The translations under genes were made by a program, and so were the position numbers. Positions 57,636 to 61,378 of a DNA stretch of 61,378 nucleotides are shown piece after piece (position 1 is the stretch's first letter; each line of letters opens with the position of its first letter). Under the pieces are notes generated by a model. The model was given only the letters and a program-made list of their open reading frames with translations, made no database searches and had not been told where the DNA came from. The stretch is from a virus (Duplodnaviria; Caudoviricetes). The stretch is from positions 1-61,378 of IMG/VR virus record IMGVR_UViG_3300046171_000014. One strand, given 5' to 3'.

Positions 57636-60458
57636 ATGAAAACAATAGAATTTTTACGCTCTGTGCTAGGAGATGGTGGGTGTTACTGCGTATTTGCAGC
57701 AAATGCAGCTACTGATAAACGGGTACAGAAGTTTTACGATAGCCTAGAAGCTGTTGCCAAAGCCGCAGATCATTTCGATGCAGACGGTTTTGATGTGTAT
57801 TTTGGGTTGGGTACACTGCGAGAAGCGGGTAGCCGCAAGAAAGAGAACGTAGTGTCTCTTAAATCTTTGTTCTTAGATTTAGATTGTGGCCCAAGCAAAG
57901 AGTATCCTGATCAGCAGCAAGCGGTGCAAGCTCTACGAAAGTTTGTAGGGGAGCTAAACTTACCTAAGCCAATGTTAATAAACTCAGGGCGAGGAGTACA
58001 TGTGTACTGGCCCCTGACAAAACCTGCGCCGTTAGCCGAGTGGCTAACTGTTGCGGAACGGCTAAAGAAAGTTTGTGCAGAACGTGGGCTGTTGGCAGAC
58101 CCTGCTGTAACCGCAGACGCGGCTCGCATATTGCGCCCGCCTAACACTCATAACTACAAAGATAGCCCCCCGCTACCAGTAGAGCGCATAGGTGTGACGG
58201 AACCCGTGCCTGCGGAGCTTTCGGCGTTTATGCAGTTGTTAGGAGCGGAGTTAAAACCCGTAAACACGCAGATAGATTTAGGGCCAGACGCACTGCAAGA
58301 AGCTTTGGCTGCAAACAAAGAGAGCGTGTTCAAGTCCATCGTGTCTAAGACTTTGAACGGTCGAGGCTGTGCGCAGCTAAAGAACGTGTGGGAGAACCAG
58401 AACACCATCAGCGAGCCGCTATGGCGAGCGGGGTTGTCTATCGCAAAGTTCTGCAAGGACGCTGCCGTTGCAGCGGTAAAGATATCCGAGCAGCACCAAG
58501 GGTACGACCACGACGAGATGCAGCGCAAGTTGTCTGAGATTAAAGGCCCGTACACATGCCAGAAGTTTGACGAGCTTAATCCCAATGTGTGTGGCGAGTG
58601 CCCGTTCAAAGGCAAGATAAAGTCTCCGATAACGCTAGGGCAGAAGATAAAAGAAGCGAGCGGCCCCGTAGAAGTCAAAGCCAAGAGCATGTTGGGTGGC
58701 CCTGTAGAGAAAACTTTTAGTATACCTGTGTTACCCCGTCCGTACTTTAGGGGTGAGACAGGCGGGGTATATCTACGCACCGTAAATAAAGAGGGCGACC
58801 CCGAAGAAATTGTTGTGTACCAGAACGATCTGTACGTTACACGACGACTACGTGATGCAGAGTTGGGTGAGGTAATCGCGTTCTGCCTGCATCTCCCAAG
58901 GGATGGGGTGCGAGAGTTTACCGTGCCACTAACATCCGTAACTTCCCGCGATGAATTCCGCAAAAATATGTCCATGCACGGCGTAGCTGTGTTTGGCATA
59001 AAACCATTGGAGGCATTGATGGCATATACACAGCGGTGGATTGAAGAATTGCAAGCAACAAATACAGCAGATGAAGCGCACCGGCAATTTGGTTGGGTGG
59101 ACGATGATATTATGGAAGAGTTTGTTCTGGGGGATAAACTCATTACCGGCAACGATATTCGGTACAACCCACCCTCTTCAAAAACTGGGGGTATGCTAGA
59201 AGCGTTTATAGAGCGTGGGGAGAAAGACGCTATCGTGTCGAACCTAGAGTTCTACAACCGCCCTGATTGGGAGATGCACCAGTTTATTATTGGCATGAGC
59301 TACGGCACCGTGCTTATGCCGTTCACAGGTATAAACAGCCTTGGGGTGCATCTCGTTAGCCAGACGGGTTTTGGTAAGACAACAACCTCGAAAGCCGCGC
59401 TATCTATATGGGGCGATCCCGAGTTGTTAATATTGCAGAAGAACGATACGCAAAACTCTCGCATGAACCGTGGGGAGTTGTATCACAACCTGCTGCTTGT
59501 CTCTGACGAGATGACAAATCTTAACACGTTGCAGATGTCAGAATATGCCTATGCCCTGTCGGGCGGCAGGCAGAAAAATCGGCTTGCGCAAAGCGGCAAC
59601 ACGGAACGTGCGCGTGGTAAACCGTGGCGATTACTAGCCCTGAGTTCTGCTAACACCAGTGCGTGGGATATATTGTCCAGAGAAAAAGCCGAGCCGAAAG
59701 CAGAGATGCAACGGTTACTAGAGTTAAAGGTGCCGCAGAAGCTTGTAGACCCGAAACTAAAGCGTCACGCTGACGAGTTACTAAAAGCCATAGAACGTAA
59801 CTACGGTTGGCTCGCGGTGGAGTATGTGCAGTGGGTCATAAACAACAGAGAGAACGCAGAGGCACTTGTGCTTGACGCACAGAGGCGAATAGATGCGGCG
59901 GCTGGGTTAGCCTCAGAAAATCGCTTCTGGTCTGCGGGATGTGCTACAGTGATCGCGGGTCTAATTATTGCCAAGCAATTAGGGCACGTAAACTATGATG
60001 TCAAAGCTGTGTTCGATTGGCTTGTGACCGAGCTACGGGAGCGCAAAGCCTTCGTCGATGATGTGGGTTCTTCTGTGCAGGAGACTTTGAGTAACTACAT
60101 CGCAGAGCATTATAACAATGTGTTGATGATCGACAGCAACGAAGACTTGCGCGGTGCAGGTGAGAACGAGAACGGACTAGATGATCTTGTGCGCCCCGAA
60201 GCAGTGCCGAGAGGTCAGCTTGTAGCGCGGTATGAACCCGACACAAGCAAGTTGTTCTTGTTGCCAAAGCCCTTGAAAGAGTGGAGCGCCGACCATCAGC
60301 TTAACTATACCTCGCTTACAAACGAGCTACGGGATAAGTTGGGGGCCAAACGCACCAAGATGCGTATCACTAAAGGCACTAAACTAAACATGCCAGCAGT
60401 GTGGGTTCTTGAGCTAACATTTAAAATGGATATAGTAGATGAAGGTAGCGAAGATTGA
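57636..60458 (+). CDS. Primase-helicase (primase-polymerase-like N-terminus plus DUF927 P-loop domain)
   Basis: LDLDCG, SGRGVHVYW, RILRPP, Cys cluster C..F...C..C, Walker A QTGFGKT, DE. Confidence 0.85.
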   Translation: MKTIEFLRSVLGDGGCYCVFAANAATDKRVQKFYDSLEAVAKAADHFDADGFDVYFGLGTLREAGSRKKENVVSLKSLFLDLDCGPSKEYPDQQQAVQALRKFVGELNLPKPMLINSGRGVHVYWPLTKPAPLAEWLTVAERLKKVCAERGLLADPAVTADAARILRPPNTHNYKDSPPLPVERIGVTEPVPAELSAFMQLLGAELKPVNTQIDLGPDALQEALAANKESVFKSIVSKTLNGRGCAQLKNVWENQNTISEPLWRAGLSIAKFCKDAAVAAVKISEQHQGYDHDEMQRKLSEIKGPYTCQKFDELNPNVCGECPFKGKIKSPITLGQKIKEASGPVEVKAKSMLGGPVEKTFSIPVLPRPYFRGETGGVYLRTVNKEGDPEEIVVYQNDLYVTRRLRDAELGEVIAFCLHLPRDGVREFTVPLTSVTSRDEFRKNMSMHGVAVFGIKPLEALMAYTQRWIEELQATNTADEAHRQFGWVDDDIMEEFVLGDKLITGNDIRYNPPSSKTGGMLEAFIERGEKDAIVSNLEFYNRPDWEMHQFIIGMSYGTVLMPFTGINSLGVHLVSQTGFGKTTTSKAALSIWGDPELLILQKNDTQNSRMNRGELYHNLLLVSDEMTNLNTLQMSEYAYALSGGRQKNRLAQSGNTERARGKPWRLLALSSANTSAWDILSREKAEPKAEMQRLLELKVPQKLVDPKLKRHADELLKAIERNYGWLAVEYVQWVINNRENAEALVLDAQRRIDAAAGLASENRFWSAGCATVIAGLIIAKQLGHVNYDVKAVFDWLVTELRERKAFVDDVGSSVQETLSNYIAEHYNNVLMIDSNEDLRGAGENENGLDDLVRPEAVPRGQLVARYEPDTSKLFLLPKPLKEWSADHQLNYTSLTNELRDKLGAKRTKMRITKGTKLNMPAVWVLELTFKMDIVDEGSED

Positions 60459-60660
60459 TGATCTCAACCCTGACGGTTTAAAGATTACCGTAGATTGGGA
60501 GAGTATGGACGTTGGGATGTCGTTCTTTCTGCCCTGCATAGATATCGACAAAGCTAAAAAGCAGGTCAAATCTGTTGCAAAAATGAAAGATTTTGGCGTT
60601 GAGATACGAATTGTTATAGAAGATAAAAAATTAGGTTTACGGGTATGGAGAACTGTGTGA
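60439..60660 (+). CDS. Small hypothetical protein
   Basis: W..MDVG.SFF.P...G.RVWR motif. Confidence 0.7.
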   Translation: MKVAKIDDLNPDGLKITVDWESMDVGMSFFLPCIDIDKAKKQVKSVAKMKDFGVEIRIVIEDKKLGLRVWRTV

Positions 60661-60706
60661 TATACTTCGCCTGACAACTCACACTACAGGTTGTTCTCCA
60701 TTTACT

Positions 60707-60735
60707 GGCCTCCACTATATGTGGGGGCCTTTTTT
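60707..60735 (+). terminator. Terminator between the converging genome arms
   Basis: GGCCTCCAC-TATAT-GTGGGGGCC followed by a T run. Confidence 0.7.
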
Positions 60736-61378
60736 ACATAAACAGAGACGAGTTTTTATCGAACTGCTGTGCATACAGCATATACTCGTCACGGCGTTTC
60801 GGGCTGAACGTAACCCCATGATACCGAGACTGCTTGCCAGAGATACGGGTCTTACGTGATCGCCGTATAGTCTCTGCTGTAATCGGATCGTTGGGATGTT
60901 CCTGATTATACTTGGCGATCTTACGCAGCACCGACGAGTTATCTGCACCGTCAAAGTAGTTGCGGAAGTACATGTCCAACAACTTCTTCTTACGACGAGA
61001 AGTCGCACGGTCTGCGCCTTTCAGCACCGCGTTCTCTTCAAGCTGCCTAGAATACTCTGCGGGTGCGAAGCCTAAAGTCTGCAACCCAACATGCGCAGGG
61101 TGTAGATCCTCAATGATCTTGTCACCGCCAACAGTCTGTACGCCTTCGGTAGCGTATCGCACCGCCTTCATACCGTTCTTGATTGCTGCTGGAGACATAG
61201 CCTCAAAGCCCCGATAGAACTCACCCTCACCGAATAGTTTAAACCCACGCTCCGTTTGCGCAAAGATACCGACCAGCGGCCCACCACCATACTCTAGCGC
61301 TTGGTACAGCAGCGGTGTATCACTTCGTATAAATGTGTCTCTAAACAGAAGCTCGCCTAGCCCAACACGGCTGGCGAA
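60734..61378 (-). CDS. C-terminal 214 aa of the giant polyvalent protein, joining 1..5724
   Basis: The frame is open from 61378 (FASRVGLGELLFRD) through the 154-aa track ORF to the stop at 60734, and is in frame with the 5724..1 segment. Confidence 0.85.
   Translation of the reverse strand, partial: FASRVGLGELLFRDTFIRSDTPLLYQALEYGGGPLVGIFAQTERGFKLFGEGEFYRGFEAMSPAAIKNGMKAVRYATEGVQTVGGDKIIEDLHPAHVGLQTLGFAPAEYSRQLEENAVLKGADRATSRRKKKLLDMYFRNYFDGADNSSVLRKIAKYNQEHPNDPITAETIRRSRKTRISGKQSRYHGVTFSPKRRDEYMLYAQQFDKNSSLFM

Noticed and set aside
58154-59167. 337-aa minus-strand ORF
   Set aside because: Antisense to the primase-helicase gene, with Ser-rich shadow composition.

Overview
The window looks like the complete, circularly permuted genome (61,378 bp) of a marine podovirus-like dsDNA phage, probably infecting an Alphaproteobacterium (host is inference only). 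A ~2,120-aa ORF runs off position 1 and continues in frame from position 61378, which supports circularity. The minus strand (1-39.8 kb) carries packaging, head, tail, ejection and lysis genes: TerS, TerL, portal, GroES, scaffold, major capsid, fibres, holin, M15 endolysin and a giant polyvalent protein. It also holds a collagen-like fibre beside a PLOD-like lysyl-hydroxylase/glycosyltransferase. The plus strand (40-60.7 kb) carries early and replication genes: AAA ATPase with VWA/metallopeptidase, VRR-NUC, family A DNA polymerase, PD-(D/E)XK nuclease, SNF2 helicase, SSB and primase-helicase. The most striking element is at 49.4-51.1 kb. A stand-alone RAMP/Cas7-like gene is followed by a hairpin-flanked non-coding array of 7 units, each a GGCGGTYNA delimiter plus 7-10 GGY-NN pentamers with variable dinucleotides, and then an accessory ORF. 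This is a candidate non-CRISPR RNA-guided system. Also seen are a nested inverted-repeat region with IHF-like sites (41.1-41.5 kb) and two single-base frameshifts in essential genes. No integrase, RNA polymerase, tRNA or canonical CRISPR array was recognised. All product calls come from motif recognition by eye, not database searches.
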